From: an uncultured Candidatus Saccharibacteria bacterium
GTDB lineage: Bacteria; Patescibacteriota; Minisyncoccia; Minisyncoccales; GWA2-38-27
Direction: 5' to 3'
Length of the DNA stretch: 62,507 nucleotides
Assembly (NCBI GenBank): GCA_964447515.1
Contig: CAYUSS010000005.1
Location: 1 to 62,507, forward strand
Below are positions 19,124-28,085 of the stretch, in pieces. Positions within the stretch are counted from its first letter, which is position 1, and each line of letters opens with the position of its first letter. A program made the position numbers and the translations under genes. The notes under the pieces were generated by a model that saw only the letters and a program-made list of their open reading frames with translations, was not told the origin of the DNA and did no database searches.

Positions 19124-19366
19124 CTAAGTAGCTTCCATAACTTTCTGTGGTTCATCCTGTTTCATCAAGCCATTGCCTATAAAACAGACCTTAAGTTGGT
19201 TTCCCAATGCCTTATGTCCCTACATGGTAACCGCTGAAGAATCAACTCCACCAGACAGGGTAATAATAACAGAATCTTTTCCAACTATTTTTGATATTTC
19301 CCTTACTTTCCTCTCTATAAACTCTCCAGCATTTAATTCCTACGCTGTTATTTTTTTGTTTTCCAT
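19124..19366 (-). pseudogene. GMP synthase subunit B / PP-loop ATPase N-terminal pseudogene
   Basis: MENKKITA*ELNAGEFIERKVREI...TLSGGVDSSAVTM*GHKALG...GNGLMK; two in-frame TAG stops and truncation after 80 codons. Confidence 0.8.
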
Positions 19367-19388
19367 CTCCTTGCCTCCTTTATTTTCC

Positions 19389-19562
19389 TTACAGATATCT
19401 AATTACTCTTTCTAAATACTCCAGGCTGAATTCTTTCTCCGGGCAAGAATAAACTATCACGCCTTCTCGCAATAAAAGACGAAAAGGCACTCTCCTTTTC
19501 CCAACTCTCTCTTTTTTAAGTTGATATCCTGGAGGCAGTGTAAAGTCATCGCCCTGATTCAT
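19389..19562 (-). CDS. small hypothetical protein (57 aa), missing from the ORF track
   Basis: AAAGGAG RBS, MNQGDDFTLPPGYQLKKERVG...; TTGACA-17-TAATCT upstream at 19605-19633. Confidence 0.5.
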   Translation of the reverse strand: MNQGDDFTLPPGYQLKKERVGKRRVPFRLLLREGVIVYSCPEKEFSLEYLERVIRYL

Positions 19563-19709
19563 TTTTTTCTCCTTTATTAAGTTTTGCTTCGTTGTACTAC
19601 TATCAGATTATCAAACTAGCTTGTAACTGTCAAGAAAAATTAAAAAAAGTGTGCGGGAAAAGGTCCCGCACAAACATATACTACATTCTCCACGGCCGTA
19701 GGAAATGTA

Positions 19710-20717
19710 TTACAATTTTTTTCCGATGAATTCGGCGAATTCGGCTAATCGGCAGGCATAGCCGTATTCATTATCATACCAGCTGACAACCTTAATTAAG
19801 TTGTCTTGAACCATTGTCTGGGGAGCATCAACGATTGTTGAATAGGTATCACCGATAAAATCTGTGGAAACCAGGGGTTCTTCTTCTATTCTCAAAATCC
19901 CTTTAAGTTTCTCAGTTTCAGATGCTTTTTTAAAGGCATTATTCACCTTTTCAACATTAGTAGCTTTTTCCACTTTTACAACTAAATCTAAAATCGAAAC
20001 CGTGGGCGTAGGAACCCGAAGAGCAATCCCATTTAATTTACCCTCTAATTCAGGAATAATTTTTCCGATTGCTTTGGCCGCTCCGGTGGTGGTAGGAACA
20101 ATATTTAAAGCAGCGGCTCTGGCTCTTCTTAAATCTTTATGAGGTAAATCTAAAATTCTCTGATCGGTAGTGTAGCTATGGATAGTGGTCATAAATCCTT
20201 TCTCAATTACAAAATTATCATTTAAAACCTTTACTGTCGGGGCTAAGCAATTAGTAGTGCAAGAGCCCATATCAATAATATCATCTTTCTCTGGCGCAAA
20301 TTTTTCTTCATTTACACCCAAAACAAAACCCGGAATTTCTGGACTTTTTCCCGGAGCTGAAATAATCACTTTTTTAGCTCCAGCTTTAATATGTTTCTTT
20401 GCTCCTTCTAAATCTCTAAAAACTCCTGTGCATTCTAAAACCACATCCACCCCTAAATCTTTCCAAGGCAGCTTTTCCGGGTCCTTCTCTTCAAAAACTC
20501 TAAATTTCTTTCCATTAACCGTAATACTCTCTTGGTCAAATTCCATTTCTTTGTCATATCTTCCATAGACAGAATCATATTTTAAAAGATGGGCCAGAGT
20601 TTTGTTGTCTGTTAAGTCATTGATTGCCACAACCTCCAAATCCGGATGATTTTCTATAATCCTCCGAAATGTTGGCCGACCAATCCGACCGAAGCCATTG
20701 ATAGCAATTTTAACCAT
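19710..20717 (-). CDS. gap: type I glyceraldehyde-3-phosphate dehydrogenase
   Basis: AINGFGRIGR, SCTTNCL, SWYDNEYGY. Start set at MVKIA. Confidence 0.97.
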   Translation of the reverse strand: MVKIAINGFGRIGRPTFRRIIENHPDLEVVAINDLTDNKTLAHLLKYDSVYGRYDKEMEFDQESITVNGKKFRVFEEKDPEKLPWKDLGVDVVLECTGVFRDLEGAKKHIKAGAKKVIISAPGKSPEIPGFVLGVNEEKFAPEKDDIIDMGSCTTNCLAPTVKVLNDNFVIEKGFMTTIHSYTTDQRILDLPHKDLRRARAAALNIVPTTTGAAKAIGKIIPELEGKLNGIALRVPTPTVSILDLVVKVEKATNVEKVNNAFKKASETEKLKGILRIEEEPLVSTDFIGDTYSTIVDAPQTMVQDNLIKVVSWYDNEYGYACRLAEFAEFIGKKL

Positions 20718-20725
20718 AGAAATTG

Positions 20726-20977
20726 TTATTCTTGGATATTTAATAATCCACAAATTTTCTCTTTATCAAAACCAACCACGACTTGACCATCTATATCAAC
20801 AACCGGCACTCCCATCTGGTCCGATTTCTTTACCATCTCATCCAAAGCCGATTTATCTTTTGAAACATCAATATCTTCAAATTCAATATTATACTCTTTT
20901 AAGAATTGTTTCAAGGTAAGGCAATACGGACACATACTTGTACTATATACCCGAACTTTCGGTTGTTTATTATTCAT
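20726..20977 (-). CDS. glutaredoxin-like protein (NrdH/YruB family)
   Basis: CPYC, QMGVPV, VVGFD. Confidence 0.9.
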   Translation of the reverse strand: MNNKQPKVRVYSTSMCPYCLTLKQFLKEYNIEFEDIDVSKDKSALDEMVKKSDQMGVPVVDIDGQVVVGFDKEKICGLLNIQE

Positions 20978-20982
20978 ATTTA

Positions 20983-21744
20983 TTAGCCTTCTACTTGGTT
21001 AATTAAATCTTGCACAGGACCACAAACATCAGTAGGCTCATTGTTTGTTAATTTACAAATTAAAGCAGTAAGATACTGGGATTCTTTTTCCTCACCAGAT
21101 TGTGTTCCAGCCCCAACTCTGTAATATTTACATCCGAAAACTAAAGTTGGTATGCCGCCGGTACTATATTTAGAAAATACCTCTTTATCAGCATCTGAAT
21201 CAACATTATTATGAAAGATTATCTCTCCCTCAAATTTTGTAGCCACTTCTTCCATAACAGGATGCTCCCATTTACAATAGCCGCACCCTTCAGACCCAAA
21301 AAAATAAACAATAGGTTTTCCATTTTCCTTACAAACCTCATCTTCGCTTATTGAGAAATTGCCGATAGTAAGCTCTTGCTCTACTACCTCTTCCGATAAA
21401 TCAATTGCTGCTTCTTTGGGAAATAAAAACTTTCCATCAAGGGTTACATAGGTTTCAATTTCTTGTCCCTCAATAGTAAATTTTATTTTATACATCCTAT
21501 TTTCTTTAAGAATTTCATTCAAAGAAGCAGTGCTTTCTCCTTTTAGAATATTTTGATTAATAAAATTTATTACTTTTTCCCCTATCTCTTGAGGAGATAG
21601 TACTTGGCTTTCAGTTGACGTCTCTTCTGGTATTCCTTCGATTGATATTTCTCCTGGACACTTTGGATAATTTAAATAAATAACTGCTCCGGCAATTAAA
21701 ACACCGGCAATAATAACTGCTATTGGTATTGTGCTTCTTTCCAT
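20983..21744 (-). CDS. membrane-anchored thioredoxin-fold protein
   Basis: N-terminal TM helix, CGYC motif, GGIPT cis-Pro loop. Confidence 0.75.
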   Translation of the reverse strand: MERSTIPIAVIIAGVLIAGAVIYLNYPKCPGEISIEGIPEETSTESQVLSPQEIGEKVINFINQNILKGESTASLNEILKENRMYKIKFTIEGQEIETYVTLDGKFLFPKEAAIDLSEEVVEQELTIGNFSISEDEVCKENGKPIVYFFGSEGCGYCKWEHPVMEEVATKFEGEIIFHNNVDSDADKEVFSKYSTGGIPTLVFGCKYYRVGAGTQSGEEKESQYLTALICKLTNNEPTDVCGPVQDLINQVEG

Positions 21745-21799
21745 AATATTATTTGATATTATATATTATTCGGCTTGTTGTTTAATTCTAATAAAAAAA

Positions 21800-23002
21800 T
21801 TATTTTTTGGCAATAGCTAAAATTTTCGACATAAGGTTTATCTGTTTTATTTTCCCCAGCTTTCCTTTTTTACAGGTTTTTTCAGAAAAATTTGATAATC
21901 CTTTTCTTCTTATTTTCCCCCCATATATCAAAATCGGAATAAAGTCATTTGAATGGTCTTTTATTTCGCAGGGAGTGCAATGGTCGGCGGTAATCACTAA
22001 AAGAGTCTTTTTCAATTCTAAAAGAAATTTTAGTTCTTTGTCAATCTTTTCTATAAACTTTTTCTTTCCCTGAAAATTTCCGTCATGACCAAAAGTATCG
22101 GCAGCTTTAATGTGACAGAAGACAAAATTATATTTTTTTATATTTCTCCGGACGGCTAAAAACTTACCTTTAAGATTAGTGTTGGCAAGACCGGTAGCTC
22201 CTTTAACTTTCTTCAAATCCATTCCTAAAATTCTGGCTATTCCTTTATAAAGTCCTCCTCCGGCGATACAGCAGGATTTTAAATCATATCTTTTTTTAAA
22301 ATCCGGAACTTTTTTAAATATTCCCGCTCCTCTCACTAAAAGATAATTCGCCGGCAAAAGTCCTTGTTTTTTTCTTTTTTTATTTAAAGGATGATTTTCT
22401 AAAATTTGATAGGCTTTTTCTAAAAACTTATTTAAAATTTCTGCCGTAAATTTAGCTTCTGGCGATTTGTCCAAAGGAATAATTTTTCTTGGTTTTACTC
22501 CAATTTCTTCGGGATCGCCATCATTAACTTTCATTGATAAACCTTTTCCTCTTAAAATTAATCCTGCCCGATGGCCGAAAGATTCTTTAATTAAAAATTT
22601 AATCCCGTCAATTTTTATACAGGATAAAGCTTTTATTAAAGGTTTAGTATTGTTAATTCTCCCCGCTCTTCTGTCAATAATTTTGAAATTAGAATCTACT
22701 GTGGCGAAATTTACCCTGAACGCAACATCTTCTTTTTGCATTTTCATACCAATTCCGGCTGCCTCGTATGGTCCTCTGCCCAAAAAATAATTCTGATACC
22801 CAAATAACGCAATATGAGCTCCTTCCGAAGTCGGCGTTTTCTCTTTTGGAAATTGAAAAGGTTTAACTAACCCGCAAATCCCCTGCCCTGCCAGCCAATC
22901 CAAATTCGGCGTTTTTGCCGCACCAAGAGGCGTTTTATTGCCTAATGCTGATACAGGTCTATCGCCTAAACCGTCTATTATAATCAAGATAATCTTTTTC
23001 AT
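21800..23002 (-). CDS. apgM: 2,3-BPG-independent phosphoglycerate mutase (ApgM, archaeal-type)
   Basis: IIDGLGD, KTPNLD, PTSEGAH, D..GHDG, TADHCTP. Confidence 0.92.
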   Translation of the reverse strand: MKKIILIIIDGLGDRPVSALGNKTPLGAAKTPNLDWLAGQGICGLVKPFQFPKEKTPTSEGAHIALFGYQNYFLGRGPYEAAGIGMKMQKEDVAFRVNFATVDSNFKIIDRRAGRINNTKPLIKALSCIKIDGIKFLIKESFGHRAGLILRGKGLSMKVNDGDPEEIGVKPRKIIPLDKSPEAKFTAEILNKFLEKAYQILENHPLNKKRKKQGLLPANYLLVRGAGIFKKVPDFKKRYDLKSCCIAGGGLYKGIARILGMDLKKVKGATGLANTNLKGKFLAVRRNIKKYNFVFCHIKAADTFGHDGNFQGKKKFIEKIDKELKFLLELKKTLLVITADHCTPCEIKDHSNDFIPILIYGGKIRRKGLSNFSEKTCKKGKLGKIKQINLMSKILAIAKK

Positions 23003-23024
23003 CTAAATTATGTTCAAGGGCGGG

Positions 23025-23047
23025 TGTTCAAGGTCGGGTCTTGAACA
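23025..23047. repeat. hairpin element providing the eno stop (family D)
   Basis: TGTTCAAGGTCGGGTCTTGAACA, identical at 26171-26192; encodes FKTRP* on the minus strand. Confidence 0.85.
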
Positions 23048-24296
23048 TTTCTTGTTCTATTCTTAAAAGCCGATTATACTTAGCTACCCTTTCCCCCCTT
23101 GCCGGCGCTCCTGATTTAATAAAATCAGCTCCGATGCCAACTGCTAAATCCGAAATAAAATCATCACAAGTATCTCCTGAACGATGAGAAACTATGATTT
23201 TCCATTTAAAAGATTTAGCTAATTTTGCTGCCTTAAGGGTCTCAGTAATAGTTCCAATTTGATTTGGTTTTAAAATAAGTCCGGAACAGGCTTTTTTATC
23301 TTGGGCTTGTTTTATTCTTTCAATATTAGTAGTTAAAAGGTCATCTCCGACAATAGTTATTTTCTCTCCCAACTTTTTAGTAATTTCCTGAAACCCTTGC
23401 CAATCTTCTTCTGAAAAGGGATCTTCTAAAAAAATAATTGGATAATTTTTTACAAGGTCTTTATAAAAAGCTAAAAGCCCTTGTTTGGTAAAAACTGCTC
23501 CCTCTAATTGGTATTTTTTATCTTTGTAAAATTGAGTCGCTGCGCAGTCCAAACCAATTTTTATTTTATTTTGATAATTGGCTTTTTTAACTGCCTTAAT
23601 TATTAAATCCAGTGCTTGTTTGGTTTGTTTAATTGGAGGAGCAAATCCCCCTTCATCTCCTACATTGGTTGCCTCTCTCCCTAAAAATTTTCTTAAAATA
23701 TCTTTTAAGATATGATATATTTCTTTCCCTGCTTGTAAATTTTCTGAAAAAGATTTTTGTTCAGGAACAATCATAAATTCCTGAAGAGCCAATTTATTTC
23801 CGGCATGAATTCCTCCTTCAATTATGTTAAAACAGGGAATCGGCAAGCTCCACGAGACCCGGCCTCGTAACGAGGCCGGGTCTCGTAACTCAAAAATATA
23901 TTTCCCCAAAGGTATACATTTGGCAACGGCTCCGGCTCGGCAAGTTGCTATTGAAACGGCTAAAATTGCATTAGCTCCCAAATTTGATTTATCTTTTGTT
24001 CCATCTAATTCAATCATTAATTGGTCAATTTCTTTTTGTTTTGTCGGGTCTTTGCCTTTAAGTTTGGGAGCAATAATTTCGTTAACGTTTTTAATTGCTT
24101 TTGAAACCCCTTTTCCGCAATATCTTTTTCCGCCGTCTCTCAACTCCTTTGCCTCATATTTTCCTTTTGAAGCGCCCGAAGGAACCGAAGCCCTAAAAAT
24201 ACCTAAATTGGTTTCTAATTCGGCTTCAACTGTCGGCTCTCCTCTGGAGTCCAAAATCTCCCTGGCTTTTATTGATTTGATTTTAGAACTTTTCAT
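23028..24296 (-). CDS. eno: enolase carrying an internal palindrome-derived insertion and a repeat-derived C-terminus
   Basis: EILDSRG, VPSGAS, VGDEGGFAP, GDDL, SHRSGDT, ERVAKYNRLLRIE. Confidence 0.97.
   Translation of the reverse strand: MKSSKIKSIKAREILDSRGEPTVEAELETNLGIFRASVPSGASKGKYEAKELRDGGKRYCGKGVSKAIKNVNEIIAPKLKGKDPTKQKEIDQLMIELDGTKDKSNLGANAILAVSIATCRAGAVAKCIPLGKYIFELRDPASLRGRVSWSLPIPCFNIIEGGIHAGNKLALQEFMIVPEQKSFSENLQAGKEIYHILKDILRKFLGREATNVGDEGGFAPPIKQTKQALDLIIKAVKKANYQNKIKIGLDCAATQFYKDKKYQLEGAVFTKQGLLAFYKDLVKNYPIIFLEDPFSEEDWQGFQEITKKLGEKITIVGDDLLTTNIERIKQAQDKKACSGLILKPNQIGTITETLKAAKLAKSFKWKIIVSHRSGDTCDDFISDLAVGIGADFIKSGAPARGERVAKYNRLLRIEQEMFKTRP
23852..23886. repeat. 35-bp palindrome in-frame in enolase
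   Basis: ACGAGACCCGGCCTCG-TAA-CGAGGCCGGGTCTCGT; peptide RDPASLRGRVS. Confidence 0.9.
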
Positions 24297-24324
24297 TCCA
24301 AAATAAGATTAAGTTTATTAATTT

Positions 24325-24852
24325 TTATTGTTTTTCAAACCCACCAGCAACCCAATCAAATTCACTCTGCCAATTCCGGCTCGGGCAACTCCAGCCAGGA
24401 CTGTCGGGATGAGGCCTACCACTACTTTCCATGCCACGAACACCTAAAACGAAAAAAGGACCCTTGGCCGAATCGCAACCGGCATTGCCGGCAGGATATC
24501 TATAATAATTATATCCATAACAACCTGTTCCTGAACCGTCTTTTGGATCAGTAGGAGTTCCCCCTGGAAACAACCCTTCTGTTGCTAAAGCACCAATAAA
24601 AGGATCCCCCCCACATGGTCCTTGATCCCAGCCATCGCAACAGCTATCCCCAGAAATATTAGGATACCTTCCATATTTATCGTGATATATCCGAAGAGCT
24701 GTTAGTATTTGATTCATATCATGTAATCTTACAGCATCTCTTGCCCTTTCTCTTGCTCCCTTTAAACTAACCAAAACAATAGAAGCTAAAAGACCTATAA
24801 TGGCAATGACTACTAAAAGTTCGATTAGGGTGAATGATTTATTATGTTTCAT
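24325..24852 (-). CDS. type IV pilin / GspG-like protein
   Basis: KS|FTLIELLVVIAIIG, ARDAVRLHD, PTDP, Cys-rich tail. Confidence 0.9.
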   Translation of the reverse strand: MKHNKSFTLIELLVVIAIIGLLASIVLVSLKGARERARDAVRLHDMNQILTALRIYHDKYGRYPNISGDSCCDGWDQGPCGGDPFIGALATEGLFPGGTPTDPKDGSGTGCYGYNYYRYPAGNAGCDSAKGPFFVLGVRGMESSGRPHPDSPGWSCPSRNWQSEFDWVAGGFEKQ

Positions 24853-24883
24853 CTTTTTTATGTTTTATGTTTCACAACCTTTT

Positions 24884-24941
24884 AAAGCCTGTTAGTATTT
24901 GATACCAACAGGCCTGTTGGTATCAAATACTAACAGGCTTT
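24884..24941. repeat. perfect 58-bp loopless palindrome
   Basis: AAAGCCTGTTAGTATTTGATACCAACAGG|CCTGTTGGTATCAAATACTAACAGGCTTT. Confidence 0.92.
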
Positions 24942-24955
24942 TTACAGGGTAAAAT

Positions 24956-25972
24956 TTATTTTTGTTTTTGAATATATCCATAAGCGGCTAAGGCAGCTTT
25001 GGCTCCTTCACCGCAGGCAGTGATAATTTGCTTGTATTGACCAATATTTACATCGCCTACCGCAAATAGTCCTGGAGTTTTGGTTTGACAGGTTTCAAAC
25101 TCAACTTTTATTTCGTCTTTTTCATTAAATTCAACCAAACCCTTAACAAATGCGGTTGCCGGCTGGCTTCCAATTTCCACAAAAACACCCTCAATAGATA
25201 AGGTTTTTTCTTCTTTAGTTTTCCGAGATTGATAAACCATTGATTCTACAAACTTTTTGCCTTTAATTTCTTTCAGAGCAGCATTTGTTATTATTTCTGC
25301 TTTTTTAGTTTTCTTTATAATTTCCTGGTTTGTTTCATCAGCGCTAACTCGGGGACCATATTCTAAAATATAAATTTTTTTAACATAATTTGACAAAAAT
25401 ATCGCTGATTCAAAACCGGCGTTTCCTCCTCCAATAACTGCCACTGTTTTGTCAGCAAATAACACTCCGTCACATATGCTGCAATAACTCACGCCCTTTC
25501 CGATAAATTCTTCTTCACCAGGAACCTCTAAGGGCCGAGGGTCGGCTCCTGAAGCTACAATTATTGCTTTTGCCTGAAATTCTTTTTTATTTTTAGTAGA
25601 AACTAAAAAATCATTGTTTGTTTTTTTAACCCCGTTAAATAATTTCGCCTTCGGCGAAATTCCCGCTTTACGGGATTTAACAGGGTAAATTTTTTTTACT
25701 TCATCAATTTTAATTTCAACTTGCCCGCCCAAGTTTTTCTCCGAAAAACTTGGGCGGGCAAACTTTTTCAAATGGTTTTCAAATTTTTGAATAAGTTCTT
25801 GGCCTGAAATTTTTTCAAATCCAGGATAATTTTCAATAGCAACAGCTTTTTTTACTACCTGACCGCCAAAACTTTTGGTGATTAAAAGAGTATTTAATTT
25901 TTGTCTGGCAGCATAAATTCCAGCTGTAATTCCGGCCGGACCACCACCAATAATTATAAGGTCATAAATCAT
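24956..25972 (-). CDS. trxB: thioredoxin-disulfide reductase with two in-frame palindrome insertions
   Basis: IIGGGPAG, GKGVSYCSICD, VIGGGNAG, GLFAVGDV. Confidence 0.93.
   Translation of the reverse strand: MIYDLIIIGGGPAGITAGIYAARQKLNTLLITKSFGGQVVKKAVAIENYPGFEKISGQELIQKFENHLKKFARPSFSEKNLGGQVEIKIDEVKKIYPVKSRKAGISPKAKLFNGVKKTNNDFLVSTKNKKEFQAKAIIVASGADPRPLEVPGEEEFIGKGVSYCSICDGVLFADKTVAVIGGGNAGFESAIFLSNYVKKIYILEYGPRVSADETNQEIIKKTKKAEIITNAALKEIKGKKFVESMVYQSRKTKEEKTLSIEGVFVEIGSQPATAFVKGLVEFNEKDEIKVEFETCQTKTPGLFAVGDVNIGQYKQIITACGEGAKAALAAYGYIQKQK
25629..25689. repeat. family C element (TIR ACCCYGTTARAT...ATYTAACRGGGT) in-frame in trxB
   Basis: Outer stem plus two inner hairpins; near-identical to 30722-30775 in ftsZ; both encode GISPKAKLFN. 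Confidence 0.9.
25721..25761. repeat. family A palindrome in-frame in trxB
   Basis: TTGCCCGCCCAAGTTTTTC-TCC-GAAAAACTTGGGCGGGCAA; peptide ARPSFSEKNLGGQ. Confidence 0.92.
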
Positions 25973-26173
25973 AGAAAATAGTTATCGGAAAATAAGAACC
26001 TTTCGTCGCTTCGCTCCTCAAGAACCTTGATTCGCTAAGGAATAATCATATATTCTTGAATTAGAAAATGGTAATAGAAACTAAAAATTGAAAAATAGTA
26101 AATTCACTAATTTCTAATTTCCATTTTACATAACTAATTTCCAATTTTTTACGGGATGTTCAATGTCGGGTGT

Positions 26174-27049
26174 TCAAGGTCGGGTCTTGAACAAAACTTC
26201 AGGGATTGCCTCAATTAAATCTGTTGCCATTAGTGATTCCCCTAATTTTTCAGCTGCCAATCTTCCGGCCGAGCTATTAATAAAAGCGGCGGCTTGGCCT
26301 GCTTCAAACGGACTAATTCCTCTTGACATTAAAGCCCCGGCAATGCCGGCTAAAGTATCCCCTGTGCCGCCAACCGTCAATAAAGGCGAACCAATCTTTG
26401 AAAGAGCGGTTTCTTGACCGTTAGAAATTATATCTATTTTTCCTTTAAGTAAAATTGTGGTTTTAAGGCGCTCAGCTTGCTCTTGAACTATTTTTATTTT
26501 CTCCTCGTCAGAAAATTTGGATATATCTTTTCCTGTCAAAACAAAAAACTCATAACTATGAGGAGTAATCAAAAAAGGTTTTTGAGATATAATTTTTGGA
26601 TTCTTGCTTAAAGCATGAATTCCATCGGCATCAATTACTATAGGCAGAGAAACCTGCGATAGATATTCTAAAATTGTATCCTGGGTTTCCTCTGATCTTC
26701 CCGTTCCCCCACCAATCACTACAGCTGTTTTTCCTCGGGCAACCGCTTTAGCTGACTCTGTCATTGAAATCAAGATACTCAAGTGTTCTTTATTTAAGCG
26801 AATCCCTTCAAGGGGATAGGCTGCTAAATCAGGAGTAAAAGAAGCAATTATATTGGCTGCTCTCTTCGGGGCAATGATTTTAACCATATCTACTCCTGCT
26901 TTAAAAGCGGCCAAAGCTGAAAAAGCCGGCGAACCGCTGTAAAACTCAGAGCCTCCAATAACTAATAAAAGTCCGTAATCGTATTTCTTGACATCAGCCG
27001 GTCTTTTTTTATAAATGTTTTTTAAAATAGATTTGGTAACTTCTAACAT
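26174..27049 (-). CDS. nnrD: NAD(P)H-hydrate dehydratase (YjeF C-terminal)
   Basis: KYDYG.LLVIGGS..YSG, VIDADG, LITPH..EF, GGTGDTLAG. Start set at MLEVTK. Confidence 0.9.
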   Translation of the reverse strand: MLEVTKSILKNIYKKRPADVKKYDYGLLLVIGGSEFYSGSPAFSALAAFKAGVDMVKIIAPKRAANIIASFTPDLAAYPLEGIRLNKEHLSILISMTESAKAVARGKTAVVIGGGTGRSEETQDTILEYLSQVSLPIVIDADGIHALSKNPKIISQKPFLITPHSYEFFVLTGKDISKFSDEEKIKIVQEQAERLKTTILLKGKIDIISNGQETALSKIGSPLLTVGGTGDTLAGIAGALMSRGISPFEAGQAAAFINSSAGRLAAEKLGESLMATDLIEAIPEVLFKTRP

Positions 27050-27209
27050 AAATTGTGAATAAGCGCGAGGCAACAAGTCTCAAAGCAAACTTCGGAGGCC
27101 TGCCGGCATGGTCTGCCGCCGAAGGCGGCAGCGACAGGTCGAGAAATTAGACCCCAAAATCTCGCTGGGATTTTGAGGGTCGGTGATTTGAGACTTCATT
27201 GCCGAGCGA

Positions 27210-28085
27210 TTACAAGGTTTTTAAAAATTTTCTTAATTCCGGACCTATTTGGGGATGTTTTAATGAAAGATAAAGATGAGATTTTAACCATCCAAGCTTA
27301 TTTCCACATTCAAGCCATTTCCCTTCAAACTCATATCCATAAATTACTTTACCCTCTGTCAGCATTTTATCAAAAACCTCAGCAAGAATGAGCTCTCCTT
27401 TTTTATTAAATTTAGCTTTTTTCAAATAATCAAAGACCTCAGGAGTTAAAATATATTTTCCAACAATAGCCAAATCAGAGGGAGCTTGTTCTAAAGAGGG
27501 TTTTTCTACAATTTTTTTAATTTTATAAAAACGGTTAGCAATTTTTTCCACACCAACCACCCCATAGAAAGGAATTCTCTCTTTGGGTAAACGATAAAGA
27601 GCAATAACCGGTTTCTGACAGGTTCTAAAAACTTTTTTTAATTGCAAAAGGCAAGGAGTCTTTGAATCTACAATATCATCTGTGAATAAACAAGCCACCG
27701 GTTCTTCATTCAAAAGTTTTGCTGTCTGTAAAATAGCATGTCCGTCTCCTAAAGATTTTTTTTGGAAAATATAAGAAAAAGAAAGAGCCTTAAAAAAATC
27801 TTCTGATTTTTTAAGTTCTGCCAAAAGGGTTCCTTTTTTTCTTTCTTTTAAGAGCTTCTCCAATTTAAGAGAAGGTTTTAAATAATCTGAAACTATCTTT
27901 TTATTTTCTGGCTTGAGAACAAAAATTATCTCGCTAATACCCGAATTTTTGGCTTCAGCGATAATATATTGCATCATCGGTAAATCTACTAACGGCCAAA
28001 GCTCTTTTGGTACAATTTTTGATAGAGGCAAAAATCTTGTCCCCAATCCGCCAATAGGAATAATGGCTTTTTTAACTTCGTTCAT
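27210..28085 (-). CDS. galU: UTP-glucose-1-phosphate uridylyltransferase-like
   Basis: KAIIPIGGLGTRFLP, PKELWP.VD.P, LGDGHAI, IVEKP, GKYILTP. Confidence 0.8.
   Translation of the reverse strand: MNEVKKAIIPIGGLGTRFLPLSKIVPKELWPLVDLPMMQYIIAEAKNSGISEIIFVLKPENKKIVSDYLKPSLKLEKLLKERKKGTLLAELKKSEDFFKALSFSYIFQKKSLGDGHAILQTAKLLNEEPVACLFTDDIVDSKTPCLLQLKKVFRTCQKPVIALYRLPKERIPFYGVVGVEKIANRFYKIKKIVEKPSLEQAPSDLAIVGKYILTPEVFDYLKKAKFNKKGELILAEVFDKMLTEGKVIYGYEFEGKWLECGNKLGWLKSHLYLSLKHPQIGPELRKFLKTL

Noticed and set aside
19124-19366. TAG recoding (two in-frame TAGs together with a truncated RF1)
   Set aside because: The TAGs most likely replace different residues (Glu and Leu, judging from the motif context), the ORF is truncated anyway, and intact genes such as ppsA end in TAG.
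10505-24852. Diversity-generating retroelement acting on the pilins
   Set aside because: No reverse transcriptase and no TR/VR pair with adenine-specific mismatches seen.
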